Source of the DNA: Torpedo marmorata
Lineage: Eukaryota
Reading direction: 5' to 3'
Assembly: GCA_977017645.1 (NCBI GenBank)
Contig: OZ360233.1
Span: 18,228,001 to 18,292,000, forward strand
Length of the DNA: 64,000 nucleotides
Positions 47,939 to 61,246 of this stretch are shown here, one piece after another (position 1 is the first letter of the stretch; each line of letters starts with the position of its first letter). Both the position numbers and the translations under genes were made by a program. The notes under the pieces are model-generated. The model made no database searches. It worked only from the letters and a program-made list of their open reading frames with translations, and had not been told where the DNA came from.

Positions 47939-49499
47939 GGTGTGGGTAGGACAGGAGCGTGGCCCCTCGGCCTGTCCTTTCTAAAATCAACAAGCTCCTT
48001 GGTCTTGGTGTCATTCAGAAAAATTTTGTTTATTCTCCAGGTGGAGCTACAACCCAATCCAATAACTGCTCTTTTCGGGGTTATTGACCCAGACACAGGG
48101 AGGTTTTCTGTGCCTGTTCAACGGGTTGTGGCCTTCTCTACATTGTTGGCTAGAAGAGCCATCCTATTCAAAGGGAAAGACTCTAGACCTCCAACAGTGT
48201 TTCAATGGTTTTCTCATATTATGTCTTGTTTAAGCTTAGAAAAAAATAGATATCATGTATTTGATTTATCGGTGAAATTTGAAGATACATGGCGACTTTT
48301 TATGTCTTATTTTCATATGATGTAAGTGTTTCTAATGTGATTAGATGTATTTGCTCTTCCTTTGTTTTTTAATTTACGGTAGGAACCAAAAATTACAAAA
48401 TATATATAACCTTCAGGATAAGCTGCTCAGCTGTTTGTTGTTAGTTTTTTTTATTAGAGTAGGTTAGGTGGTTTTCTAAAAATATATATACATATAATAC
48501 GTTTGATATTTTTCATTGTCACCTATTGCAGTGGAGGGCGGATCAAATTTATACTGTTTGAAGTTTTATTTTAATATATATACACATGTGATGTTGTATT
48601 TTCAATTTGTTTCCTTTCCTTCATTGTATTGTATTTCTTATTAAAATCAATAAAAAACATTGAAAAAGAACGATTGTTGATCTGGAACCACCCAACCAGT
48701 TTCTTGATTTCCATCCTGCATTCTGGCTCATCTTTTCCAGTTATTCACCCAACACTGGTGGTGTCGACATCTAATTTGTAGATTGAGTTGGAGCTGAACT
48801 TGGCTGCACAGTCATGGATGCCCATGGCAAGGAGTGGGGAACAAAGCAGGCAGCCTTGGAGTGCTCCTGTGTTGATGGTCATCGAGGAGGAGGTGATGTG
48901 GTTGATCAACACTGTTTGGGTCTGCCAAAGAGGAATTCAAAGATCCAGTCGCAGTGGGATGGACAGAGTTCTAGATCCTTCAACTTGGTCATAGGCTTTG
49001 CAGGTATGAGGGTGTTGAACGCCGAGCTGTAGTCAATGAACAACAGCCCCACGAAGGTGTTTCGGTGGTCCAGGTGATTTAATGCAGAGTGGAGAGTCAG
49101 CGATATTGCGCCGTCAGTTGACCCTTTGTGCCGATAGGTGAACTGATGTGGGACAATGTCCTTCCAGAGATAGGAGTAAATTCGCTCCATAACCAACCTC
49201 TGAAAACACTTCATCACAGTCGGTCAACTTGCTCTTCTTGGGCAAGTCGGGGAGGGAGGAGATTGGAAGCAAACACACCCAAATGCTGGAGGAACACAGC
49301 CGGTCTCGCAGAGTCCATAGGAGGGACAGATATCTAACCAACGTTTCGGCCTAAGCCCTTTTTCAAGGAATAAGCAAAGCGCAGGAAGGCGTCAGAATAC
49401 AAATTGAAAACTGGCAGGTGGAGGAGTCCAGAATAACAGGTGTTAATTGGATATGGATGGAGGAGAAGTGAGAATTGATTTTGGCTCTGTGAAGGGAGA

Positions 49500-49578
49500 C
49501 ACAGGGAGAAGCGAAGAGACATAGACAGAGGCAGAGAGCGAGAGAGAGAGAAAGGGAGAGAGAGAGAGAGAGAGAGAT

Positions 49579-49615
<37 letters not shown>

Positions 49616-49640
49616 GGGAGAGAGAGATAGAGATAAAGAG
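49500..49640. repeat. (GA)n/(GATA)n microsatellite
   Basis: Visible directly; the paralogous positions are N runs (17715-17862, 42550-42699, 56034-56183). Confidence 0.85.
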
Positions 49641-50163
49641 ATCTTGGGGAAAAGCGACAGGAGGAAGAACTACGGGGGAAGTTTAACGAAACATTGAGAA
49701 GTCGATGTTGATGCGATACGGTTGGAAGTAGCCCAGACGGAAGATGAGGTGTTGTTCCTCCAATTTGCGCGTGGTCACTGTCTGGCAGTGCATCAGAAAG
49801 TGAGTGGATCGGGGAATTCAAATGGGTGGCCACTGGGAGATCCAAGCTTTTGCGGCGGAGTGAGCCGAGGTGTTCAACAAAGCGATCTCAGAGTCTGCGC
49901 CCAGTGTCTGCGATGTAGAGGAGACAAGAGCAGACTGGAAACGAAGCAGGAGCGGGAAGGGCAGAGAAATACAACCAGAGAGACTGCATTTAGACCTGCT
50001 CGTTTATATTGGTTCCAGCGCAGCGTCATCCAGAGCGAATGACCAATCCTGTGCGAGGGAAAGCCAACAATCTCGGAGCGGCGGCTGCTGCTAACGTGAG
50101 GTTGTAAATATAGCAGGACATCATGTGAGAAAATATTGTTCTTTTGACCTTCATTCGGACTCC

Positions 50164-50593
50164 ATGTCCCTCAAGAGGTACCTGCTGACTGTATGGGCCA
50201 TTCTGGCAGGTGAGTCTCTGTCTGATCAGTCAGTGCGTCCCGCGGATTCAGTGCAATCCCGTGCCGCTCACACACTCCGTGTTTCATTCCATACACGAGT
50301 GGGGATGAATCCGTGACCCAAGGACCTCCGGAAATAACGGCTGAGGAAAGACAGACCGTGCCACTGAGCTGTAGTTACTCGACGAGTCACGCCGGATATT
50401 TTTGGTACCTTCCACATCTTGGAGAACCTCCCAAATATTTGGTGAAAATGTACAGCTCGGGAGAAGTGGTTCCGTCTCACGATTGTCCGGATCGGATGTC
50501 GGGATCTTTGGCAAAAAAGAGCCAGCGCTTTCACTTGACTATCTCTGGGGCTCTTGTGGAGGACTCCGCCGTGTATTTCTGCGCCATGTGGCA
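50164..50593 (+). pseudogene. TCR V segment, family C (C3): open frame but dead acceptor and heptamer
   Basis: Leader 50164-50209, acceptor ccag>ccat at 50291-50292, heptamer AACACTG at 50594-50600, nonamer intact at 50624-50632. Confidence 0.78.
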
Positions 50594-51049
50594 AACACTG
50601 TTCCTGGGCGATGACGGATCCGCACAAAAACTCGATTTGAGAATGAGGAAGGTGCCGTGCAGCGCCGCGATTTACCCTTGCGTGAGCAAAGGCGTTTCTC
50701 TTCCTCCCCGATCCGAGAAAAACGGGGATCAATGTGAACAGCGTTTTACCAGAGAGGAGCGGAGACAGGAAATGAAGGTGAAGAGAGTTAGCGAGAGATT
50801 GATAGAAATTGAGAGAGAGAGGAAGAGAGAGATTATGTTGAGCAGTGAGAGAGAGAGGGAGTGAATGGAAGAGGGAGGGATGTGATGGAGGAAGAGAGAC
50901 AAAAACGCAAGGGAGGGTGACAGAGAGCGGTACTGAGAGAGAGTATGATAGTGAGTGAATGAGGGATACATTGAGCGAGGAGGATGGGGAGTGAGCGGGA
51001 GTGGGTTCAGAGAGAGAGAGAGACAGACAGAGCGAGAGCGAGAGAGAAG

Positions 51050-51081
<32 letters not shown>

Positions 51082-51299
51082 TGTGGAGAATACAGAGAGG
51101 CGGAGAAACGCGACAAGGACGGAGAATGGGAGACGGTCGCCATAAACAACCTGCTCAATGGTAGCGTCACCCTGACCTAACAAGAAATGCTGTGCGACAA
51201 AAACGGCCGGTGCGTCCCACGGGGTTGGATGCTCCTGACTTCACCCTATCTCGTATATCGGTGTAACCTGAGGAAATGTTCTTCTTTTGACCTACATTC

Positions 51300-51570
51300 G
51301 TGTCACTGAGCTGCAGTTACTTGATGAGTACCTGCGCACAGTTTTGGTACATTCAATATCCTGGATAACCTCCCAGGTTTTGATGAAAATGTACAGCTGC
51401 GGCGATGTAGTTACGTCTCAGATTGCGGAAGAAGTTGTCAGGTTTCTTTGAAACAAAGACCCAGAGGGTCCACTTGACTGTCTACGGGACGCTTGAGTCG
51501 GACTCCGCCGTGTATTTCTGCGTCGTGAAGCCCACTATTCCAGAGCGATGGCGGGTCATTATAAAACGAA
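51300..51570 (+). pseudogene. 5'-deleted family-D V pseudogene
   Basis: Promoter-like region fused directly to VSLSCSY; leader, intron and most of FR1 missing; DSAVYFCVV present. Confidence 0.72.
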
Positions 51571-52446
51571 ATCAAAATGGGCAGTGCCACCAAGGGGCTT
51601 GCTCTTCCCCCAACACAGTGCGGACCAGTGCACGGGACGGAGTCGGCAAATGTGCCTCCGGGCGAGAGTCCTCCCTTAAATGCAGCGCCGAGGTTGAGCC
51701 TCGCGTGAGCAAGGACGTTTGTCTCACTCTCTGTTCCGAGGCGGAGGGGAGGAATTGAGAGAAAAGCGCGGAATCTGGTGGTCCGCCTTTTGAGAGAGAG
51801 GGGGAGAGACAGGATCTGCTGAGATAGGGAGTGAGCGAAAGGGTGAAAGAAATTCAGTAGAAAGAAGGTGAGGAGTGAGAGAGAGTGAATGATAGAGAGA
51901 GATCGTGATTGACGAAGAGAGATATCACAGGAGGGAGGCAGTGGGGAGGGAGTGGTAAGTAAGGAAGAGTGTGAAAATTATTTAATGAAGGAGACATTGA
52001 GAGTGCAAGAGCGGGAGAGGGACAGAGGGAATGTGTGACAGTGGGAGAAAGAGATTGAAGGGAGGGGAGCGACAGGCACTGCTCTCGAAAGACTAAATAA
52101 GTGTAAGACGGAGTCGCGTCGAGGTAGGAAGCTTAACAGAACGCGAGAAGGGCGTGAGGGTGCAGTAAAACGAGTGAAAGTGATGGAAATAACGGAACGA
52201 GAGGAAAGAAGAGAGAGACGTGGGGAGTGTAAATATAGGTGGAGAAACACGTCCGAAAAAGACGGAGAATGAGAAACGGCCAACATTAACAACCAGTTTT
52301 CATTGGTTCAACAACGGCGCTCTCTTGAGCCCATGTGCGAGGAGGGCGCCCTCCTGTGTGTCCCAGAGGACGGGCTGCTACTAACGACACCCCACAGTCT
52401 TATATCGGGGCAGAATATGGAAATATGCGGCTGTTCACCTTCATTC

Positions 52447-52909
52447 TGGGTTCCTCACCATCCAGTAGTTTGCTGATTCTATGGGCTGTTCTGCTTGGAG
52501 AGTCTCTGTTTGATTGGTCAGCGCGTGTTCCTCCCGGCTCAGCGCAATTCCTCGCATATCACATACTGTGTGTTTCATTCCAGGCACAAATGTGGAAAAC
52601 TAGTGACCCACGGACCGACGGAACATATGGCCGCACGAAGTGTCGCTGAGCTCCAGTTAGCCGAAAAAGGCTACCGTATGTTTTTGGTACATTCAAATTC
52701 CCGTGGAATCTTGGATATATTTGGTGAAAATCTACAGCGCAGGAGATGAGTTTCCGTCTCACCATTGACCGGACAGGATGACGGGTTCCTTGGAGAAAAG
52801 GGGCCGGTAACCTCAATATCTCCAAAGCTCTTGAAGCGGACCTGGCCGTTTATGTCTGCGCGGTGCGGCTCACACTGTTCCTGGGATATTGCGGAGACGC
52901 ACAAAATCT
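52447..52909 (+). pseudogene. TCR V pseudogene, family B
   Basis: Frameshifts; RSS 52871-52909. Confidence 0.77.
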
Positions 52910-53701
52910 CATTCTGAGATGGGATGTGGTTTGAGAGAAAATGGCAGAAAGAAGACGGGAGAGCGTGTTAAGGATTGCGAAAAGTTAAGCAGGTGAAAAC
53001 GTGAGACAGAGTGAGGTAGAGCAATAGAACGAAAGAAGGGGAAAGAGGGTGCACTGAGCGAAAGCGAGGGAGGAGATACACAGATGGAAGGAGAAAGATG
53101 CGGCGAGTGTACAGATAGAGGGTGAAATTTGCGTGAAGGACGGGGAACGAGATGCAGACTGTCTTATCAACTAGGTCTGATTGGTTCAATAATTGCTACT
53201 CGAACTAATCCTGTGCGAGGGAAGCACTCACATATCTGTCCTTGGCGTTGGTTCGCTCATAACATCGCCCCGCCCCTTGTATAGCGGTAACACAAAGAAA
53301 TATTCGATTTTGTCCTTAATCCCCGTACCATGTCCTACCTGAGTTGTTTGCTGATTCTGTGGGCCGTTCTGACTGGTGAGTCTGTCTGATTGGTCAGCGA
53401 CGTCTGCCCATCGTCCTTGCTCTACGAGTCTCACTCTTTAACTTAATTAAAGGTGGACAATTCCCCCAAGTCAAACCCTCTCCGTCGCACGTTCTCCCAC
53501 CGTTTACTTATTTACACACTCTCTGTTTACTGAACTTACTCACGGTCGCTCTGTCGCTCTATCTCTCTCTTCTTCTGTTCTCGTGAGAGGGAAACGGCCC
53601 GTGTCTCCAACAGAGTTTCTGCAGCTTCCGACGTGAGTTTGCGCTCTTATATCGGGCGAGCATTTGTAAAATATCCTTCCTTCGAATTTAATCCGGGCAT
53701 C

Positions 53702-54127
53702 ATGTTCCTCGTTTGTCGTTCGCTGATTCTCTGGGCCGTTCTGCCTGGTGAGATTGATTGATCAACACGGGTCCCGCGGGGTCAGCGGCGTTTCGCGCAG
53801 TTCACACATTCTGTCTTTTGTTCCAGGGGCCAGTGGGAACGATTCAGTGACCCAGGAACCCCCGGAAGTGATTGTCAACGAAGGGCAGATCGTATCACTG
53901 AGCTGCAGTTACTCGATTAATCCTGCTGCATTTTTTTGGTACATTCAACGTCCTGGAGAATCTCCCAAATATTTGCTGAAAATCTACACGTCAGGGGATG
54001 TGGTTCCGTCTCCCGATTGTCCGGAGCGGATATCGGGTTCATTGGAGAAAAATAGCCAGACATTCCACCTCAATAACTCGAAAACCCGTGTGGAGGATTC
54101 TGCCGTGTATCTCTGCGCCGTGGAGCT
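53702..54127 (+). CDS. TRAV: TCR V segment, family A (A11)
   Basis: Leader 53702-53747, V exon 53827-54127, RSS 54128-54166. Confidence 0.85.
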
Positions 54128-56720
54128 CACACTGTTCCAGGGCGGTGGCAGATACGCACAAAAACTCACCTCGAGACATTGAATAGGACCCTATGGCTAG
54201 GGGGCGCACTCGGCCACGGAATGGAAGCGACTACACTACCTTTCTGGAGAGTCTGCTGTAACGCCGAGATGCAAGAGATTTTCCCTCCTCTGAGCGTTTC
54301 TCTTTCTCTGCCTCCTCTGTGTCTCATTCCGTAATTTGAGGTGGAAGGTTGGAAGTCAGGGAGAGAGAAGGAAATGGATAGCTGTTTCCAATAATATTGT
54401 AGGAAAAGGGAAGGAGTGTTCAAGTGATGGAAATTGAGAGATTAAATAAGTGTTGTGGGTAGGAGAGGAGCGTGGCCCCTCGGCCTGTCCTTCCTAAAAT
54501 CAACAAGCTCCTTGGTCTTGGTGTCATTAAGAAACAGATTGTTTATACTCCAGGTGGAGCTACGACCCAATCCAATAACTGCGCTTTTCGGGGTTATTGA
54601 TCCTGACATAGGGAGTTTTTCTGTACCTGTTCAACGGGTTGTGGCCTTCTCTACATTGTTGGCTAGGAGAGCCATCCTATTCAAATGGAAAGACTCTGGA
54701 TCTCCAACAGTGTTTCAATATTTTCCTCGTAATTATGTCTTGTTTAAGCTTAGAAAAAAATTAGAAATTATGCATTGGATTCATCGGTGAAATTTGAAGA
54801 TACATGGCGACCTTTTATGTCTTATTTTCATATGATGTAAGTGTTTCTAATGTAATTAGATGTATTTACTCTTCCTTTGTTTTTTGATTTACGGTAGGAA
54901 CCAAAAATTACAAAATATATATAACCTTCAGGATAAGCTGCTCAGCTGTTCTTTGTTAGTTGTTTTTTTTTAAATTAGCGTAGGTTCGGTGGTATTTTTT
55001 TATATGTAGTACTTTTGATTTAAAAAAAATTGTCACCTATTGCAGTGGAGTTGGGATCGAATTTATACTTTTTGAAGTTTTATTTTAATATTTATAAATG
55101 TGTGATATTGTATTTTCAATTTCGTTCACTTTTCTTGATTGTATTGTATTTCTTATAAAAATAAAAATAAAAAGATTGAAAAAGGAAGATTGTTGATCTG
55201 GAACCACACAACCAGGTTCATGATTTCCATCCTGCATTCTGGCTCATCTTTTCCAGTTATTCACCCAACACTGGTGGTGTCGACATCTCATTTGTAGGTT
55301 GAGTTGGAGCTGAACTTGGCTGCACAGTCATGGATGCCCATGGCATGGAGTGGGGGACAAAGCAGGCAGCCTTGGAGTGCTCCTGTGTTGATGGTCAGCG
55401 AGGAGGTGGTTGATGTGGTTGATTAGCACTGTTTGGGTCTGCCAAAGAGGAATTCAAAGATCCAGTCGCAGTGGGATGGACAGAGTTGTAGATCCTTCAG
55501 CTTGGTCATAGGTTTTGCAGGGATGAGGGTGTTGAACGCCGAGCTGCAGTCAATGAGCAACAGCCCCACGAATGTGGTTCGGTGGTCCAGGTGATTTAAT
55601 GCAGAGTGGAGAGTCAGCGATATGAAGCCGTCAGTTGACCTTTTGTGGCGATATGTGAACTGAAATGTGACCAGGTCCTTCCAGAGATAGGAGTAAATTC
55701 GCTCCATAACCAACCTCTGAAAACATTTCATCACAGTCGGTCAACTTGCTCTTCTTGGGCAAGTCGGGGAGGGAGGAGATTGGAAGCAAATACACACCGA
55801 AATGCTGGAGGAACACAGCCGGTCTCGCAGCGTCCATAGGAGGGACAGATATCTAACCAACGTTTCGGCCTAAGCCGTTTTTCAAGAACTAAGAAAAGCT
55901 CAGGAAGGCGTCAGAATAAAAACTGACGACTGGCAGGGGCAGGAGTCCAGAATAACAGGTGTTAATTGGATATGGATGGAGGGGAAGTGAGAATTGATTT
56001 TGGCTCTGTGAAGGGAGACAGAGGGAAAGGCGANNNNNNNNNNNNNNNNNNNNNNNNNNNNNNNNNNNNNNNNNNNNNNNNNNNNNNNNNNNNNNNNNNN
56101 NNNNNNNNNNNNNNNNNNNNNNNNNNNNNNNNNNNNNNNNNNNNNNNNNNNNNNNNNNNNNNNNNNNNNNNNNNNNNNNNNNNGGGAAAAGCGACAGGAG
56201 GAAGAACAACGGGGGATGTTTAACGAAACATTGAGAAGTCGATGTTAATGCCACCCGGTTGGAGGTATCCCAGACGGAAGATGAGGTGTTGTTCCTCCAA
56301 CTTGCACGTGGTCACTGTCTGGAAGTGCATGAGACCATGGACAGACATGTCAGAAAGTGAGTGGATCGGGGAATTGAAATGGGTGGGCACTGGGAGATCC
56401 ACGCGATGGCGGCGGAGAGAGCCGAGGTGCTCAACAAAGCGATCTCAGAGTCTGCGCCCAGTGTCTGCGATGTAGAGGAGACAAGAGCAGACTGGAAACG
56501 AAGCATGTACGGGAAGGGCAGAGAAAGACAACCAGAGAGACTGCATTTAGACCTGCTCGTTTATATTGGTTCCAGCGTAGCGTCATCCAGAGGGAATGAC
56601 CAATCCTGTGCGAGGGAAAGCCACCACTCTCGGAGCGGCGGCTGCTGCTGACGTGAATTTGTAAATATAGCAGGACATCATGTGAGAAAATATTCATGCT
56701 TTGACCTTCATTCGGACACC

Positions 56721-57150
56721 ATGTCCCTCAAGAGGTACCTGCTGACTGTATGGGCCAATCTGGCAGGTGAGTCTCTGTCTGATCAGTCAGTGCGTCCCGC
56801 GGATTCAGCGCAATCACGTGCCGCTCACACACTCCGTGTTTCATTCCAGACACGAGTGGGGAGGAATCCATAACCCAAGGACCGCCGGAAATGACGGCCG
56901 AGGAAAGGCAGACCGTGCCACTGAGCTGTAGTTACTCGACGAGTCAATCCGCATATTTTTGGTACCTTCAACATCTTGGAGAACCTCCAAAATATTTGCT
57001 GAAAATGTACAGCTCGGGAGAAGTGGTTCCGTCTCGCGATTGTCCGGATCGGATATCGGGTTCTTTAGAGAAAAAGAACCAGCGCGTTCACTTGACTATC
57101 TCTGGGGCTCTTGTGGAGGACTCCGCCACGTATTTCTGCGCCGTGCGGCC
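56721..57150 (+). CDS. TRAV: TCR V segment, family C (C4)
   Basis: Leader 56721-56766, V exon 56850-57150, RSS CACACTG-23-ACAAAACTC at 57151-57189 (nonamer one A short). Confidence 0.8.
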
Positions 57151-57387
57151 CACACTGTTCCTGGGCGATGACGGATCCGCACAAAACTCGTTTTGAGAAT
57201 GAGGAAGGTGCCGTGCAGCGCCGCGATTTACCTGCTCAATGGTAGCGTCAACCTGGCCCAACAAAAAATGCTGAGCGACGAAAACGGCCGGTGCGTCCCA
57301 CGGGGTTGGATGCTCCTGACTTCACCCCATCTCGTATATCGGAGTAACATGAGGAAATGTTCTTCTTTTGACTTCCATTCGGACACC

Positions 57388-57834
57388 ATGTACCCCCTGG
57401 TTTGTTTGCTGACTCTATCGGCCGTTCTGCCTGGTGAGTGTCTCTCTGGTTTATCAGCACGTGTCCGCCCGGTTCAGTGATTCGTGCTTCGTTCTCGAAA
57501 TGATTGGGGAAGTTTATGTAACCTATGGACCGCCGGAACGCATGACAGAGGAATTACAGACCTTGTCACTGAGCTGCAGTTACTTGATGAGTACCTCCGC
57601 ACATTTTTCGTACATTCAATATCCTGGAGAATCTCCAAGATTTTGATGAAAATGTAAAACTGCGGCGATGTGGTTACGCCTCAAGATTGCGGAAGAAGAT
57701 GTCAGATTTCTTTGAGGCAAAGAGCTAGAGGGTCCACACTGATTGTCTACGGGACGCTTGAATCGGACTCCGCCGTGTATATCTGCGTCGTGAAGCCCAC
57801 TATTCCAGAGCGATGGCGGGTCCGAATAAAACGA
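57388..57834 (+). pseudogene. TCR V pseudogene, family D
   Basis: Leader MYPLVCLLTLSAVLP, Trp>Ser, stops. Confidence 0.75.
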
Positions 57835-58709
57835 AATCGAAATGGGCAGTGCCACCAGGGGGCGTGCTCTTCCCCCAACACAGTGCGGACCAGTGCACAG
57901 GACGGAGTCGGCAACTGTGCCTCCGGGGGAGAGTCGTCTCTAAAATGCAGCGCCGAGGTTTAGCCTCGAGTGAGCAAGGACGTTTGTCTCACCCTCTGTT
58001 CCGAGGCGGAGGGGAGGAATTCAGAGAAAAGCGCGGAATCTGGTGGACCACCTTTTGCGAGAGAGGGGGAGAGACACGATCTGCTGAGATAGGGAGTGAG
58101 CGAAAGGGTGAAATTAATTCAGAGATAAAGAAGGTGAGGAGTGAGAGAGATTGAATGATAGAGAGAGATCGTGATTGACAAAGAGAGATATCACAGGAGG
58201 GAGGCAGTGGGGAAGGAGTGGTAAGTAAGGAAGAGTGTGAAAGTTATTTAATGAAGGAGACATTGAGAGTGCAAGAGCGGGAGAGGGACAGAGGGAATGT
58301 GTGACAGTGGGAGCAAGAGATTGAAGGGAGGGGAGCGATAGGCACTGCTCTCGAAAGATTAAATAAGTGTAAGACGGAGTCGCGTAGAGGTAGGAAGCTT
58401 AACAGAACGAGAGAAGGGGAGTGAAGGTGCAGGAAAACGAGTGAAGGTGATGGAAAGAGCGGAACGAGAGAAAAGAAGAGAGAGACGTGGGGACTGTAAA
58501 TATAGGTGGAGAAACACGTCCGAAAAAGGAGAATGAGAAATGGCCAACATTAACAACCAGTTTTCATTGGTTCAACAACGGCGCTCTCTTGAGCCCATGT
58601 ACGAAGAGGGCGCCCTCCTGTGTGTCCCAGAGGACGGGCTGCTACTAACGAGACCCGACTGTCTTATATCGGGACAGAATATCGAAATTCTCGGCTGCTC
58701 ACCTTCATT

Positions 58710-59171
58710 CTGGCTTCCTCACCATCCAGTAGTTTGCTGATCCTATGGGCCGTTCTGCTTGGCGAGTCTCTGTCTGATTGGTCAGCGCGTGTCCCTCCCG
58801 GCTCAGCTCAATTCCTCGCATATCACACACTGCGTGTTTCATTCCATGCATAAATGTGGAAATCTAGTGACCCACGGACCGACGGAACGGATGGCCACGG
58901 GAAGTGTCACTGACATCTAGTTACCCGAAAAAGGTTACCGTATGTTTTTGGTACATTCAAATTCCCGTGGAATCTTGTATATATTTGGTGAGAATCTACA
59001 GCGCAGGAGATGAGGTTCCGTCTCACCATTGACCGGACAGGATAACGGGTTCCTTGGAGAAAAGGGGCAGGTAACCTCAATATCTCCCAAGCTCGTGAAG
59101 CGGACTTGGCCGTTTATGTGCGCGGTGCGGCTCACACTGTTCCTGGGATATTGCGGAGACGCACAAAAGCT
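58710..59171 (+). pseudogene. TCR V pseudogene, family B
   Basis: Stops and frameshifts; RSS 59133-59171. Confidence 0.77.
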
Positions 59172-59988
59172 CATTCTGAGATGCGAAGTAGTTTGAGTGT
59201 AAATGGCAGATAGAAGACGGGAGAGCGTGTTAAGGTTTGCGAAAAGTTAAGCAGGTGAAAACGTGAGACAGAGTGAGGTAGAGCAATAGAACGAAAGAAG
59301 GGGAAAGAGAGTGGAGTGAGTGAAAGGGAGGGAAGAGATACACAGATGGAAGGAGAAAGATGCGGGGAGTGTACAGATAGAGGGTGATATTTGCGTGAAG
59401 GACCGGGAACGAGATGCAGACTGTCTTATCAACTCGGTCTGATTGGTTCAATAATGGCCACTCGAACCAATCCTGTTTGAGGGAAATACTCACATATCTG
59501 TCCTAGGCGTTGGTTCGCTCATAACATCGCCCCACCCCTGGTATAGCGGTAACACAAAGAACTATTCGATTTTGTCCTTAATCCGCGTACCATGTCCTCC
59601 CTGAGTTGTTTGCTAATTCTGTGGGCCGTTCTGACTGGTGAGTCTGTCTGATTGGTCAGCGACGTCTGTCCATCGTCCTTGCTCTACGAGTCTCACTCTT
59701 TAACTTAATTAAAGGTGGACAATTCCCCCAAGTCAAACCCTCTCCGTCGCACGTTCTCCCACCGTTTACTCATTTACACACTCTCTGTTTACTGAACTTC
59801 CTCACGGCCGCTCTGTCGCTCTATCTCTGTTGCTCTATCTCTCTCTCTCTCTCGCTCCTCGCCGTTCTCGTGAGAAGGAAACGGCCCGTATCTCCAAAAG
59901 AGTTTCTGCTGCTTCCGACGTGAGTTTGCGCACTTCTATCGGGCGGGAATTTGTAAAATATCCTTCCTTCGAATTTAATCCGGGCATC

Positions 59989-60414
59989 ATGTTCCTCCTT
60001 TGTCCTTCGCTGATTCTATGGGCCGTTCTGCCTGGTGAGACTGATTGATCAACACGTGTCCCGCGGGGTCAGTGCCGTTTCACGCTGTTCACACATTCTG
60101 TCTTTTGTTCCAGGGGCGAGTGGGAACGGTTCAGTGACCCAAGAACCCCCGGAAGTGATTGTCAACGAAGGGCAGATCGCATCACTGAGCTGCAGTTACT
60201 CGATGAATCCCAATGCATATTTTTGGTACATTCAACGTCCTGGAGAATCTCCCAAATATTTGCTGAAACTCTACACGTCAGGAGATGTGGTTCCGTCTCC
60301 CGATTGTCCGGAGAGGATATCGGGTTCATTGGAGAAAAAGAGCCAGACATTCCACCTCAATAACTCGAAAACCCTTGTGGAGGATTCTGCCGTGTATCTC
60401 TGCGCCGTGAAGCT
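59989..60414 (+). CDS. TRAV: TCR V segment, family A (A12)
   Basis: Leader 59989-60034, V exon 60114-60414, RSS 60415-60453. Confidence 0.85.
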
Positions 60415-61246
60415 CACACTGTTCCAGGGCGGTGGCAGATACGCACAAAAACTCACCTCGAGACTTTGAATCGGACCCTATGGCTAGGGGGCGCACTCGG
60501 CCACTCAATGGAAGGGAATACACGACCTTCCTGGAGAGTCTGCTGCAACGCCGAGATGCAGGAGATTTTCCCTCCTCTGAGCGTTTCTCTTTCACTGCTG
60601 CCTCTGTGTCTCATTCCGTAATTTGAGGTGGACGGTAGGAAGTCAGGGGGAGAGGAAGAAATGGATAGCTGTTTGCCAGAATATTGTATGAAAATGAAGG
60701 AGTGTTTGTTAGATGGAAATTGAGAAATTAAAAAAGCGGTAAACCGCGCGGGTGGGTGTGACCGGTAGGTGATCCTTCGGCCTCTCCTTCCCAAAATCAA
60801 CAACAAGCTCCTTGGTCTTGGTGAAAATAAGAACATAATTGTTGTTCTCGAACCACCAAACCAGGTTCACCATCTCCATTCTGCATTCTGACTCATCTTT
60901 TCCAGTTATTTGGCCAACACTGGTGGTGTCTTCAGCTAATGTGTCGGTTGAGTTGGGGCTGAACTAGGCTGAACGGTCAATTGGTGCACATGGCAGAGAT
61001 TGAAGGAAGGGAGAGATTGGAACTGCTCTCGAAAGATTAAATAAGTGTAAGACGGAGTCGCGTAGAGGTAGGAAGCTTAACAGAACGCGAGAAGGGGCGT
61101 GAGGGTGCAGGAAAACGAGTGGTGATCGAAAGGGCAGAACGAGAGAAAAGAAGAGAGAGACGTCGGGAGTGTAAATATAGGTGGAGAAATAGGTCCGAAA
61201 AAGACGGAGAATGAGAAACGTCCAACATTAACAACCAGTTTTCATT

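Noticed and set aside
50268-51170. Long Ser/Leu-rich minus-strand ORFs (also 14258-14917, 19055-19566)
   Set aside because: Artefacts of GA-rich low-complexity sequence and the antisense strand of V exons.
994-60453. IgH, IgL, IgNAR or NAR-TCR identity
   Set aside because: No octamer promoter, no adjacent D/J/C cluster organisation and no leaderless supporting V. The DSVTQ..YLCAV pattern with a 23-RSS fits TCR alpha/delta better.
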